Assembly (NCBI GenBank): GCA_001949185.1
Contig: BDGG01000014.1
Span: 1,085,378-1,149,377, forward strand
From: Ramazzottius varieornatus
Lineage: Eukaryota > Animalia > Tardigrada
Length of the DNA: 64,000 bases
Direction of reading: 5' to 3'
Shown here: positions 49,623 through 63,196 of the stretch, in pieces
Layout: each line of letters opens with the position of its first letter
Numbering within the stretch: the first letter of the stretch is position 1
The notes under the pieces: generated by a model
Told to the model about the DNA's origin: nothing
The model's input: the letters and a program-made list of their open reading frames with translations, nothing else
Databases searched by the model: none
Translations under genes and position numbers: made by a program

Positions 49623-51713
49623 TCATGTATTTGGCGGCCACAATAAGTCAACACTAGTGACGTCCAGTTCCACACAGTCTACATCTTTCTGTAGAATGGA
49701 GGAAATACTGGGGTCAGTGCGACCGAAATCACTGTGAATGAATTCTTTGACATAAGTACCGGCTTGAGTTTTCAGCTCAAGTCGAAACTGCAGGGGGTTC
49801 TCCGTAGCTTCAGCGCGGAGTTCGTGGATCAGTTTAGGACGGACTGCGTTCGACCGGCGATGGAGAACACGGACAGGGGTCCACTGGTCGGTCTTCACGG
49901 TTCTCAGACTGTTGATCTTGGCGAGGTCTTCTGCTGTGAAAGCTTCTCTTGCCGAACAGAGAGCGGAATAGGTTTTGGTCTTTTCCTCTTCACCGGTTTT
50001 CAGGATGGTCATGTCACCTCGCGAGACGATCCGCAGAGACTTCACCTGAAATAAAACAACATTTTGTCATCAAATTGCCGTCACTACGGATATTCAGCCC
50101 GGAGCTCGGCAAACAGAATCGACAAGATCGTTTTTTCGAAGTGGCGCACCCTGCCAGCCAATACCACAGACAAACTGCGCCACTTGGGAAAGGAATCTTG
50201 TCCGTTTGTTTGCCGAACTCCTATGACCTATTTAATCGTATTTCATTCAATGTTACTTTATCTCTATCTTCCTATTTTTTCATCCTATGGTGTTTCGACT
50301 TTGTATTTAAATACCTTGTTTCAATTTATTTTGTTTTTTTTACCGCGATTTGACCGTTGCTGGAGTTGTTAATGTCATCTTCCAAGTTGATGGTGTCCAT
50401 TTCGCCCAGCGAGGATACCTTTGCGTTGATCAGTTCCACAGCGAATGGTCGACCAGTTCCCAGCATTCGGACATCGATGTCCTCTCTTCCGGAGGCGGAG
50501 AATCGCGTACTGTCAGCTTGAAACTTGGCTTTAATCTTTCCACAGATGAGTTCTTCGACGGAAGTGTCGCCTTTCCGTTCCTCTTCGATCATCCACGGTG
50601 TCTGACTGACTGTCCGGGAGAACTTTAGGTAGCGACCAGCGACAAAGACCGAGGAGGGGATACAGACGATTTGGGTGAGCTGCGAAGGTGCCGAAAGACT
50701 TTTGGGCGGAAAGGGGAAGAACTGCTTGAAGTCATAGGAACTCATGCCCAGGAGAACCTTCTCCAAAGCATGTCGTGTCATGCAGCGTTTCACTTTACCG
50801 TCCGGGTCCCTCTTTTCCTAAAACCATCCAAAATCGTAAACAGATTTCGGAAACGCGAAGATACGGACCGAATCAGATACCTCTGTCAAGGCCGTGCATA
50901 CTGCCTACTATTTTTCCCGGCACGGCCTGGGATGATGCGTAGAAAGAAGGCACCACTTGTCAGGTTCGTGCCCAATGTATCGCCGGCACGGCCTTGACGA
51001 GTGCGGAGACAGAAGACGCATGCCGTGAGTCTCCGACCATTGATAATCAACCGTACCCTTTTTGAGTTGGCCTCTTCAAAATCGAAACAAACCTGGAATG
51101 CATATGGATATCGTTTCCGCAGCACGTCGCACTCCTTTCCCTTCATTTCGGGATTCTCGATAGCGATGTTGATCTCCAGGCCTTCCCTTCCAGTCCAGCG
51201 AACGTTGAAGGCGCTGGTAAAGACGGGTGTGACAACAGCTTTCCAGGCATCTTTGACGGATAGACGACCGGAAATCTTGAAAGCTGTCTCGTCCCAGTAC
51301 TCGTCGAAAGATCTTGCTCGTACGTCGGCAGCGGGCGGCATGGTTATGGAGCACCAGAAGGTCTGCATGGTGTAACCAGACTTCTGGACTGTATCACAGA
51401 TCTGAGTCAGGAAGGCAACGTTGCAGAAGCTTTCCTGAAGCAAGCCACAACAGCTCGGGCACACGGTAGATGCGTCAGCAGGCCGTACAATAGAGGAAAT
51501 CTTTGCATCATCTCCGGGGGTGGACTGGTCAGGAGGCTGCGAACAGAATAGGTGACCGTCGATCAGGGAAGAAGCTTCGCGCAGAGTTGCAGGATATTTC
51601 TCACCGGCGATGCGCATCAAGCAGCGATCACAGACGCCCAGACCGAGCAACCGCGATGTAGTATCCGCATGCTTCCGCAAACCCTCGATCGAATTCGCCA
51701 CGGATGAGGGCAT
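49623..51713 (-). CDS. PUS10: tRNA pseudouridine synthase Pus10, multi-exon
   Basis: GRYLKFSRTVSQTPW; SASGREDIDVRMLGTGRPF; KTKTY; QWTPVRVLHRR; TQAGTYVKEFIHSDFGRT. Confidence 0.96.
50101..50221. repeat. Intronic hairpin element family A, clean single-unit copy
   Basis: ggagctcggcaaacagaatcgacaagatc..gaagtggcgcac-N-tgcgccacttggg..aatcttgtccgtttgtttgccgaactcc folds on itself; PUS10 intron. Confidence 0.9.
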
Positions 51714-51947
51714 CCTCTAAGATGGTTAAGACTCTGCTCCGTGTTCGCTTTTGGACGGTCTGAGAGTCTGAGAAGAAGAGCACAATACGCTGAAAACTGA
51801 AAAGTTCAAACTGCGCGAGTTGATGTGGAAGAAATCTGTTTTGAGCGAGCAATCAACCTCGTCAATCAACCGTAGCTGAAACCAACTTGTTCCGGTGTTC
51901 CTTACTTGAAGTTACTTCCTTTTCGTTCGTTCTGCTCGGGCCTTGTA

Positions 51948-52074
51948 CACTGACGAGCTGCTCAACATCGTGTTGCATATTTGATTTGGTTGATTGCTGC
52001 CAGAACGTATGGTTGATTAGTTGATGGGCACTACTTTCAGTTTGTGCAGCACGATGTTCAGCAGCTCGTCAGTG
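51948..52074. mobile_element. 127-bp MITE with 30-bp TIRs and perfect 8-bp TSD
   Basis: TIR cactgacgagctgct(c/g)aacatcgtg(t/c)tgca; TSD gccttgta at 51940-51947 and 52075-52082. Confidence 0.92.
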
Positions 52075-52429
52075 GCCTTGTATAAGCATTTCTGCCACCG
52101 GAAGTGAAGACGGAAGAACATCCACCATCCATAACTTAAATACACTTGATCATGGTTGTCAGTGCATTTACTTGTTTTACGCGAAGAAGGATAAACCAGA
52201 ACATTGCCAGCCAGGGTATCACAGCAAAACAAACTCACAAAACTGTCGAAAGGGGCCAAGAGTCCCAGAAGAAAAACGAGGAACCGCTTCGATCGCTCAC
52301 TACATCGATATGCAGGATTATCTAGCAAATTATCTATACTTCCACGATAGTCGCTTACAAAGGTTCGCTAAACAAATCAATATCTGCGTGTACATTCCAC
52401 AGGTAGCGGTAGGAAAAGTAGCCTCTCAA

Positions 52430-52987
52430 TCATCCTTTTACTATCCGCTCCCCGTCGAGATTGTACTCGGCCCTAACAGATTCTCTTTCGTTCGGTGGCG
52501 GAAGAGGGGGATACAAGTCTCTACTCGATCGATCTCGCGCTACTTTGTCCTACAAAGATTGCAGATGCGAATTTGTTCGAGTAAGAAGTACAAACTACAA
52601 AACCTTTTCGGAAGTGACACTGGATAAGCGTAGTGCAGCTGCTCGCGTGCGCACCCTTATTCGGCGACGTGCACATACATACACCATTTTACACTGGGAA
52701 GTGGGAAAACTGATTTTTGTGTTTACCCAAAACTTCCGGCAAAGTTTGTAGTTTTCCTGGTATAAATGACAGGCTTTTCGGTCGTAGTTGTTGTAGTCGA
52801 GGCATTTTAGGGACATCGCCATTTCCTGCAAGGCAAACGGTAAGAATGAGATGCTGGAAGCTGGAGATTATCCGCAATATCTTACTTCAAAACATGGGTT
52901 ATTTTCAGGAATATCGGCTTTGTACTGGAAGGATCGTCGGCTTGGCTCCGTGACATCGACATTGGGCCTCCTTACTCCTCGCTCCAT
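52430..52987 (-). CDS. CHCHD7: CHCHD7 / COX23 twin CX9C mitochondrial protein, 3 exons
   Basis: NNPCFE|EMAMSLKCLDYNNYDRKACHLYQENYKLCRKFW|DKVARDRSSRDLYPPLP..ER. Confidence 0.85.
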
Positions 52988-54574
52988 CGTAAAATTCTCA
53001 AGTAAGGAAGATTTTGAGATGCATACAGGAAGGATAGAAGGCTTTCTGAAGAGTTACGGAAATTCAGGAAGTGCGAAACAGCTGTCTTGATTTTGACTGT
53101 ACGCTCTCGCAGCCACAAGACTGCCCGTTAACGCGAGAATGGCATTGTTGTGGTTTTAGTTTTAATCGCTGGAATTTTCTAACCTGACGTTGCGGTTCCT
53201 CTCTTCTCTCGGGTATAGGGTCCCTTCGGAGCCCTCCGCCTTTCCTCGAATTCTGAAAAGAAGACTGCTGCGTCGAAGCCGTCCAAAGAAGCAAGCAGAA
53301 TCTCCGCGTCCAGTCCGAAGCCCACGTTATTCCGTCGCACACCGCCGACCCACTGTGCTGCTCCTACGCAAGTTCAAACGAACACCTCGAAGCATCGACT
53401 CCAAAAAGATCCTTTCGGGTGGAAAAGAGAATAATTCCCAGTATAGCCGGATTGTCTAGGTGTGGCATGACTTGAGCTGGACGATCCGCGTGAGAATCAT
53501 CAATGACGACAAGTTCGTGACGGTAATGTTGCCTTCAAACCATTCTTCCAGTGTAAAGTTCTTGTTTTACCATGGAATCTTTCTTAGTGGGCTATAATGG
53601 AGATGGGAAAGGAGGGTTGATTGCCAACACGGACGGTCAGTTGAATTCAAATCTACCGCTCTTGTACTGTGTACACTGTACAGTACCTCGGTTTACTGTC
53701 CAAAGTCCAACCGTCAAAGGAACTCAAACTGTTTTTCCACCCAAATGTGCCGGACGAATTCAATGAGGACGGAACGATATGGATGGAAGTATAAGTGAAG
53801 AAGCTTGTAATATGCCCTGTGTTTTGTGAATGTTCCTGGGTTTCAGTATACTGTTGGATACTTGGATGTCACCATGATCAAAAGCCTGGCCAAGAGCGTG
53901 ATTGCCCTGAACAAGACCCTCTTTGGCTTACGAGTACAGCACCGAGGACAAATTTATAACTACTGCATTCCCTCGAAAGTTCTGCCCATTCACTCGATGA
54001 CAGACCCGTAAAATAATGCCGGAGACCTGCTGACTGACGCACGATCATGCGGGGCCTAATTTATGGGCCTGTCATGTGCCCTGCGCAGAACTTTCGACAG
54101 AAGACAATAGGTGGTCGCGGACTCCTTGTTTTCCACACGTCATGGTTCTCCCCGCTGGGGATGCCGTAAGTCATCGGTGGCACACAGCGTGCGCCCTCTG
54201 TAGGCGGGACAAAAGCAGCCAATAAGACGTAGGCAGGGCGGGCTTGTTCTTCTATTTTACGACAGAGAAGAATCTTCCTCCGACCGTCGACAGAACCCAG
54301 AGGAAACAGAGCAGACAAAATCAACATGCATCTCTCCGAGATTTGAGCACTGTGTCATTTTGAAGCCGTGTTGAGGCGTCACTTTCAATATGTTTCCGGT
54401 ATCATCGCTAGGCTGTGTATCTAACCTACTCTGTTCCCCGTGGTCGCAGCTCTTGCGCTTCATATCGGCTGATCTGGACAATGGTCAACGAGGATGACAG
54501 CTCCCACAGTTCCATGGCCGTCGGCTTGCCTGCCTGGATATGCAGTTGATTGATCCAAAACTACGACGTTTGCC

Positions 54575-57500
54575 ATGGATAACCTTCGCTTGAAATGTCT
54601 ATATCGGTCTGCGTTCTTCTTGTCGATTTTGTTCAGAGTATCTGTAGGTGTGTTAGAACCTGACGCAGCCACCAAAGTTTACGAAGTGGAAGGACGCGTT
54701 GGGAAAGAAGAGACATTCTTCTGTCCAGTGGACGAAGGTTCAAGTCGAGGGCTGCAGCGACGCTGGACGAAAGACGGGCAAGATATGGTCGGGGATAAGG
54801 ATGGTGATGTGCTGATTATGAATCGTCAGACGATGGAGCAGAAAGCCCGCTTGGAGATGACTGCTGATGAGGTGGTATTTAGAGCCTTAAAGCTCTCCGA
54901 TTCCGGCACATACCAGTGTTTATTAAGGTTCGCACACAGTGACCAAGTGGTGCTATCCAGTTATCGATTGACCGTCCGCGACGTCCCCGATCCCCCAGGA
55001 ACTCCTCGCTCCCAAGCCATCTCCTCCCGCAATATCACGCTCATCTGGTGAGTCAGCCAGTGATAAACGAGCCACCAAATTACATGTGACTTATTCCAGC
55101 ACCAGCCCTAATCCTCGTTAATCATCTCTTCCAGCTTGAATATTTTAATCTGCTTATTCTCACCAGCCAAAATATCCATTCAGACCGTCCAACAAATAGG
55201 AACCAACACTAAAATAGGCATCAATACATTCGAATTTCTAGTGAGACCGGCGCACGAAGCGTACAAGATCGCCACTTTAAGTGACGCTCGTATTTCAGTG
55301 TTACTGGCTGTTAGAGTGCGCCACTTGGGACGACGATCCTGTCGATTTCTCAATTGGCGCACATTTACAGTGTTGTAGACTGGGAAGATGCACCACTTGG
55401 GACAGCGATCTTGTCCGTTTCGTTTGACGGGCTCTCATTTACGCCAGTGTGAGTGGCCACTGGTCAAATGCTCTGAGCGGCACACTGGGTTGATTGACGA
55501 GCCCGATTGTTGCTTGATTGGGTGCGGATGTTTTTTCAAGGCTCTCATGTTTTCTTTTCCCGCAGGCAAGGTTCTTCCGACAACAACAGCCCGATCCTAC
55601 ACTATGTAATCCTGGTGGAGCCTCAAACAGGGAAAATGGATATGGGACACGGCGGATATCCGGCGTTTGAGGCAGCTGGTGTCCACGATGTGACCAGCAT
55701 GGACCAGGCTTCAGCGGAAGCACGTTCGCGACAACGGCGTATCCGTACACCGGATAATGCCACCACATTCACTGTCACTAATCTCTTCCCCTTTACATTC
55801 TACACATTCCAGTTGATCGCTGTAAGTATCTTTCTTGTCGGCTCATATCTGTACCGGCAGATTCCATCCGACACATGTCCATTAAGACCTCCGACCCAGT
55901 TGCATACCCAAACAGGGCCTACTGTGCAATTCGCCCCGCTTTCTGTTATGAGCAGTGGGCACTTGGCCATCGCAATAACATCTCTACAGCTCATTTCAAC
56001 CATCCCAAATGACAGTCAAATTAGGACAATTGATTTTGACACCCCGCGTTGCGGATTGTAGCTTGTAGCACTCCATTAATTTTCGGAGAACCCATGACCA
56101 AATATTTCAAGAGGCTTCGCCCGAAAGTTTGCGAAGCTGTATAGTGTCAATTGTTATGCTAATAGAGAGTTGAAAATTATTACGCTGTACCGAATACTAT
56201 ACATAGACGTTTCCAGGCTGAATATTTAGACTTGTTTCAGGTGAATGCCGTCGGACATTCGAGACCTAGCGCCATTTCCTCCCCGATGCAAACCATCACA
56301 GAACCGCCGACCGGTTCGCCGGTTTTGATCGTGGTATGTTATGCCACAAGTTCAACCCTTATTTGTTTAATCAGATAAATAAGCAAAATAGATCTGTGAA
56401 TAGACCAAGAGCTTTGTTTGCTCATGAAATATAATATGCAGGCTCAAAGTCCGAGCAGTTCTTCCATCCGGCTGCAATGGCTACCGCCAAGCCTCGTTGA
56501 CTGGCACGGGTCTCTTCGCGGCTACCGACTTTTCTACCGACAAGCCGGCAATGAACAAACGCATGAGATTATCTTGGACAGTCCGCAAGCTCAAACATAC
56601 GAGATTCGTCGGTTGGAAGCCGGAAAGAGATTTTATATCAGTGTCCAAGCGTAAGTCCTATGTGACGCTGTTCAACTGGCGTATTCAGGCGGTAAACTCA
56701 GCCTGAATGATGCGCCACTTTTGTAGCTGACAATGCTGCGTTTGAAATATTGGTTGCAAAATGATTGCGATCTCCTGTATTGCAGATTTAATGAAGACGG
56801 ATACTCTCCAGCGCACACTGAAGTGGTTTCGACGCAGGAAGCAGAGCCCAGTGCGCCCAGAAGCGTTCTGAGCGAGGGTGTGACCAGTTCATCGATTTCC
56901 TTGGCATGGTTGCCTCCAGCCCAATTTAACGGGGTCCTCCGGGGCTACAAGATCTATTATACTCATCCGGCTGGATTTACTGACTCCAAAACTTTTCCCC
57001 TTGTCCAGAGTGAAAGCGAGGATGGAGCCCAAGCTGCCAATGAATGGGTAAGTAGACTAAGCACAGTTGAAATTAGTCAATAGCGATCCGCACTGGGCAA
57101 TGGCCTGGTGCGCACTACGTTGGTTCGTCGCGCACATTCGTTCCGCCCGCTTGTACAGTGCCTGAGCGTTGCGCGTGGCTTCTGCGCACCACACGACCTG
57201 CGACTACGGGCTGCAAAGTAAATTACCACCTAAGACAACCCGTTGCTGCTGTACGTATACCACCGAGTAATTCCAGCAAAGCCGTAAATTATACCCTAGT
57301 TTCATTGATTATTTTATTGCATTGGGATATTTCGAGCGTTCGAACAAAGTTTGTCTTGCTAATCGTTCAAGTGCGATCAATTCTGCATTGCTAGAATTTA
57401 CGCAGGTGCGTTATCGGCTGATTGCGCTGCAACCTTTCACCGTCTACCAGATCGCCGTACGAGCCTTCACCGCCAAAGGCGAAGGACCAGCAAGCCCCAA

Positions 57501-60500
57501 CACACTATCCGTCCTGACCGATGTCGCACAACCTGGTAGCCCTCAAATCTTAAACGTGAGCCGAGTAGCTGAAAACGCCGTGATCGTCGAATGGATACCT
57601 CCACGACGTGTCTTCAAGCAGCTGGACTACTACTACATTCACTACACCGTCGAGAAAGAAGATGGACAACTTGTTGACGCTGAACAATTGCTGCATCTGC
57701 CCGTGAGTGTTTCAGTGCAATTACCCAGACTGGTCAATCAAGCTCAAGACATACGGTTGATTGATGTTATACCTGGCACCAGGGGTTTATAGCACAGCCT
57801 TGGTCGTTATCCAGGGGTGTTAGGCTCCGCTTTGGTTTAGTTGTCCCCGGATCTTTTTTGTACGGTTGGGTTGTTTTTGCAGTCTTCGTCTAATCTTCTC
57901 GAGCAAAGTGGAACACAGACTCGCGCGCTGAACGACGATGTTTCGCCGAAGTTTCCGACGGAACAAGCGGTGATCACAAACTTGACCACGGATCGGGTGT
58001 ACCACATTCAAGTTAGCGCCGCAACAAAGAGTATCGTCGACGCGGACAAGATTTACAAAAGCGAACCCAGCCTGGCTTTTTCCATGGACCTCGCCACCCA
58101 CGCTACCGTGGCTAAAAGAATATCGGAGGGTGGTCGAGAGATGACCATGACCGAAACTATGATTCTGATCGTCGTTATAGTGACGATCGGGCTTTTATCC
58201 ATGTTCTGCGGACTCTTCTGCGCCTTCAGGTCCGTGAACCGATCACCTCAAGTGGCGCACATTTACGGTGTTGTTTGCCGGAAGGGTGCGCCACTTGGTG
58301 TAACGATGTTGCACGTTCCGTTTGCCGATCTCGTGATCTTTCTGGTTACCTTTTTTCTACTCTCTTATCGATTTTGTTTTTCAGGAAGCGATTCAACCTG
58401 GGGACGTATTCGTATCTTGCGCCGAACAGTCCGAAGCACGAAGAGAAGCTGAATGGCTTCGTCAAGAGCCCAACGATGGAAAGAACGACGCTGGCCTCGA
58501 CGCAGCTGGCTTCCCATATCAAGAAGCTGTACGCGGATGGGCAGATCGGACTTTCGAAAGAGTTCGAGTCGTTGGCGACCATGTTACAGGTTAGCGAGTT
58601 CCCGGCGAGCTTGGTCCAGGCTTCGCGGCCGGAGAACCGTCCCAAGAACCGCTACGTTAACGTGCTAGCTTACGATCATTCGCGGGTCAAGTTGAAACAC
58701 GTGTGGAACTGCGACAGCGATCATGCCCAAGGTAAGGAAATTCGCCGTCGAATCACTGAGTCATTTTCGCATGTTTGTATTCTAGGCGGAAATGATACGG
58801 AATCGACGGCCTGTGGATGCACACCGCGCACATCTCCCTCCAAAACACCCGTTTCAGACTACATCAACGCCAACTTCGTGGCGAGTATTGATGAACCTGA
58901 AGCTTACATTGTTACTCAAGGTAAGTAAGCGAAAAAAAGTTTATCAAATGTTAGGAAGTTGATAGACGATATCAAAACAGACCTCACACACGTGCATACG
59001 TTATTAAGCGTGTTGATCGTGCCATGTTAAAGTGTGGAGGTGGATGAAAAACTTGTCGGTTTCCTCCCTGATTGTCCTAACGGTGTTATTTGGTTCCAGC
59101 TCCGATGCCGAATACGCTAGTAGACTTCTGGAGCATGATCTGGGACTATAAGGTTCGTGTCCTGATTATGCTGACGGGTTTGGAGGAGAACGGGCGGAAG
59201 AAGTGCGAGCAGTACTGGCCGTCGCTGGAAGAGGGCAAGAAGCGTTATGGTCCCTACACCGTGACCATCATCTCGGAGCAGACCACTGCTTTCTACATTC
59301 TCCGCACCTTCATGGTAACCTTCGACGGTGCCACTGGGCTGTCGACGGTCGCTTCGCTCTTCGGTGCCGAACCGAAGAAGGAATCATGGACGGTGCTGCA
59401 GTACATGTACTTGGACTGGCCCGACCATGGGCGACCGGACACGACGGTCCCTCTTTTGCGCTTCGTCATGAAGTCCAGTCAGACTTTTGACGAGGAAAAT
59501 ACAGGTAAGTTAGCTGATCAAGTAAACGCCGATTTCTTGGTCCATTGGATCCCTGCATACCAGCCCATCATGGTGTAAGCTCGTGGCCTGTGTATGCGGG
59601 ACGGTGAAAGACGGTGTTTGATATTGATCAGAGCGGGCTTTCAGTTGTTTGTTTTTTTCGCTTCTAGGTCCCCCGATTGTTCACTGCAGTGCCGGTGTGG
59701 GTCGCAGTGGATGTTACATCGCACTGCATTCCATGATGATGCAGCTCGATCGTACCGGGCACGTCGACGTTTTCAATTATCTTCTCAACGTCCGCAAACA
59801 ACGCATGGGTCTCGTCCAAAACGAATCCCAATGTAAGCTGACTTACAAATTTGAAATCAACTGAATTGTTTCAACGAATTTCAGAATCTAATATTTGTCC
59901 AAGATTTTCTGAGTTCAAACCGGTTCGGCAGGCAAACTCTGGAAGATCGTTCTCCCAAGTGGCGCACGTTTACAGTATTGTTGACCGGAAGCGTGCGCCA
60001 CTTGATAAAACGATCTTGTTGATTTCCCACTGGCGCACGTTCATAGTAATATTGGCTAGAAGCTTGCGCCACCTGAAGGAAACTATCGTGTCTTGTCGAG
60101 TTGATTTCTCAAATCTCGATTATCTGAATTAGAAGTTAAAATCGATTATGGTTTAGATGCTTTGATTTACGATGCGTTGCTGGAGTACATTCAGAGCGAG
60201 CAGACGGAAGTTTACGTGGCGACGTTCGACGAGTACCTTGATGGCCTTCTGAAGGACGACGCATACCTTCTGAAAGGGCAGCACGAGCTGGTGTGCGCCG
60301 AAGCCAACGGGTTGGGACATGGCTGTGACTACGCTAAAGAGTCCTATAATCGAGCCAAGAATCGCTCGCCGCACCTGCTGCCCATCGACTCGCCTCGACA
60401 TCGAGTGACCATTTCACCCAGACCTGGTGAGGTGGGCTCCGACTACATCAACGCCTCCTTCTTACCTGGACAGAGGTATTTGAAAGAATTTGTGATCACC

Positions 60501-61623
60501 CAGTGGCCCTTGCAGAACACAGCCGCCGCTTTCTGGCAGATGATCTGGTAAGAAGAAAAACCTTTGAAAAATGCTTGTAAAATACTGGAAATGTTTACTT
60601 ACGTATTGTTTTCCAGGGATTTCCAAATTCGGGTTGTGGTTCTTCTCGATTCCACCCGTCTTCTGACAGATTCCGCTTCCTCTTTCCCAAAGTTCTGGCC
60701 GGAAAGAGCAGAAGACTATAACAGCACAGAGTCACACAATCAGTTGACCTACGATGGTCTTTCGATCCATTTTCAATCAGACAAAACACAGAGCAGCCTT
60801 CATGTGACAGAGTGTTGCGTCGACAAGCTCAACGATCCGGGTTCCGTTGAGAAACAATCACTTCTCTGCCAGATAGTCCGTCTGACGGAAGAACCTCTCG
60901 ATGGGAGTTACAAAGACGTCTGTGAACTCATTGATAAGGAAGTTTCATACGATGGCTTCCGAGGATGTAGGCCTGTACGCGTTGCCGTTGTTGACGAGTT
61001 CGGTGGCGTGTCTGCGGCGACCTTCTGCGGAGTCATGTCCGCTCGACAGCAGGCCTTCACCGAAGGCAGTGTCGATGTCTACTTGACTGCTAAACTCTAC
61101 AATCAAGCTCGACCAGGTAAGGTTTTGATAATGTCAACATAATAAGGTACCAACGTTACAATGGAAGCTCGGCAAGCAGACTCGACAGGACCAGTGACGC
61201 ACGTTTACACTGCTGTTGGGTGGATGCCTGCGCCACTTGGAAGGCCACTCTGACGAGTTTGTTGCCTGTCTGCCAGATTTCTGTACTGTGAAAGATTTGC
61301 TTTTTCTCTAGGTGTTTTCGCAAAGTTGCAGGACTACCAAGCTTTTTGCGAAAGCGTGAGGACCGTTTGTAAGGAAGCAGCACAGTGCATTCCAGTAGAG
61401 CAGCTGTGCTTTGCCGGGTCGATGCTGAAGCCAGCTTCGCCGGCATCGGATGTTCTCCACGCCCCCAAGAGGCTTTCGGCTATCTTGGAACAAGACGAAT
61501 AGCTTGTTTTACTTCTGTGATAACATCCTTGGTTTTGCTTTGCTTCCTTTTGGACCTCGGTTTCCTTGCTATCTCCGAGATTACTTTCTTTCAAAGGCCA
61601 AAATGCACGGATTGCACAAGTTA
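54575..61623 (+). CDS. Receptor protein tyrosine phosphatase, PTP99A-like (Ig + FN3 repeats + TM + D1/D2), multi-exon
   Basis: Signal peptide, Ig domain (DSGTYQC), about four FN3 domains, TM, KNRYVNVLAYDHSRV, DYINAN, WPDHG, HCSAGVGRSG. D2 has Asp in place of the catalytic Cys (VVDEFGGVSAATFC), as in PTP99A/PTPRG. Confidence 0.9.
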
Positions 61624-62195
61624 ACGTTTTGTACTCTTTGAAACTTGATCTTTTCATGTTTCTAATTTCTTCTGATTTGGTTTGGGTTTTTTTGATACGT
61701 TTAATAACTCGATATATGTTGGCATGAAGGAAGGACAGTTTGCGACGCGGTTTGTTCCAACGAGGAACCGGGAACGCCGTGGAACCTCCAGTGAGCGTGG
61801 TGCAAAGGGCCTTGGCGGAGGGCGTGGTTATACTGACGCTCATCTTTATGGATAGGCTGGTGCATCCCGTTTAGATTCTCCGACGACAAGGCCGTGCTGA
61901 GCTCGCACATTTGCCAAAATTTCCGTCTTTTTTAGTCTTATCCACTGTTGTGCTGCTGAACCGCGCGTCCATCTGAGACCAACTTGCCATAGAATCCGCG
62001 TTATCATGATAGGGGCTATCCCCCAAGATAACGCGCCGACTCGCGTGCAAGAGGGTTGGGTTCGATTCTGCAAAGATCGCTCTTTAGTTTTCCAACAAGC
62101 CATAATAGTCACTTCGTAGTGCTCTTCAACCCAAAATGCACGTTCATCAAAGGTAGACCCATCTAGCGTAATTATCGGGGGGGGGGGGGCGAGAA

Positions 62196-62245
62196 NNNNN
62201 NNNNNNNNNNNNNNNNNNNNNNNNNNNNNNNNNNNNNNNNNNNNN
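62196..62245. other. Assembly gap (50 N) with duplicated poly-G/cgagaa flanks
   Basis: N run flanked on both sides by G-run + cgagaa. Confidence 0.95.
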
Positions 62246-63196
62246 GGGGGGGGGGGGGGCGAGAATACTTGGCCACAGGCCGAAAGCAGCAACGCTTCGA
62301 TTGATCGTCAGTTAAGCCGGGAGATACCGCCTTCGGCCGGTGGCCAGAAGTTTGTTCGCCGCCAATAATTATGCCGGGCGCGTGTACGAAGCTTGCCTGC
62401 AGTCTTGTCATTAAAATAGGAACGAAGTACAGATGGAAGCATAAGAAGGAATGAAAGCATCAGAAGGACCGTCGGGACACATCTTGATAGCCCAACCCTG
62501 TCCTCTTTGTTCGTCTGACCACCAGGCAACTGCATGTGCGTGCTTGAGGCTGCCGATTTTGCTGGACTTATCATATCACATACAGCCTAGGTGTACAAAG
62601 AAGACGGTCTCGACGAAGGCAATTACACGTCGAGGATTTCATGGCCGCGAGAGAAAAACCTGCGCCCGCAGCAATAGATATTGGGAAAAGGTCGGCGTTT
62701 GCCGGCATCCAGAAGAACTTTACACATCGATAAACAAGGAATCCCATGAAGGTTTGTTAATAGCCGTTTACTCATCATGCCAACGTGGTGTTTTGATTTG
62801 AACACAGCTTTTTTCAGACTCTTTCTATGGATGCTGTCCAACGCCCGGTGGACTAAATCGATACGACCAGAAGTACAGCTCTTCAAAAATCTGTTCTGCA
62901 CACGTTAGGAGAGCCTCTACGCCGGAAAAGCCAAAGTGTTCTGTAACAAGAAGAGCATGCCGGAAAAAATGAGCTCGAAAAATCGGCAGAAACGACAAAA
63001 TAACAGGCAACTAAAGTGATGCCATCGACATCCGGGTGTTCCGCTAGCGTGAGTCATTCTAAATGAGATCCGTTATCAAAGTGCAACTCCGTATTAAATG
63101 TTAATTTCAAGATTTCTGGTTCAAATTTCACACGAAACATCGTTTTGATCAGTCTTCTATTCATTTTAAACGTAGTCTCTATTTTAACAGAGAGGA

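Noticed and set aside
62176-62266. G-quadruplex or direct repeat around the N run
   Set aside because: Duplicated flanks around a 50-N gap are most likely a scaffolding artefact at a poly-G tract
62623-62901. Ankyrin-like ORF (FLKSCTSGRIDLVHRAL)
   Set aside because: A single weak motif with no supporting exons; insufficient evidence
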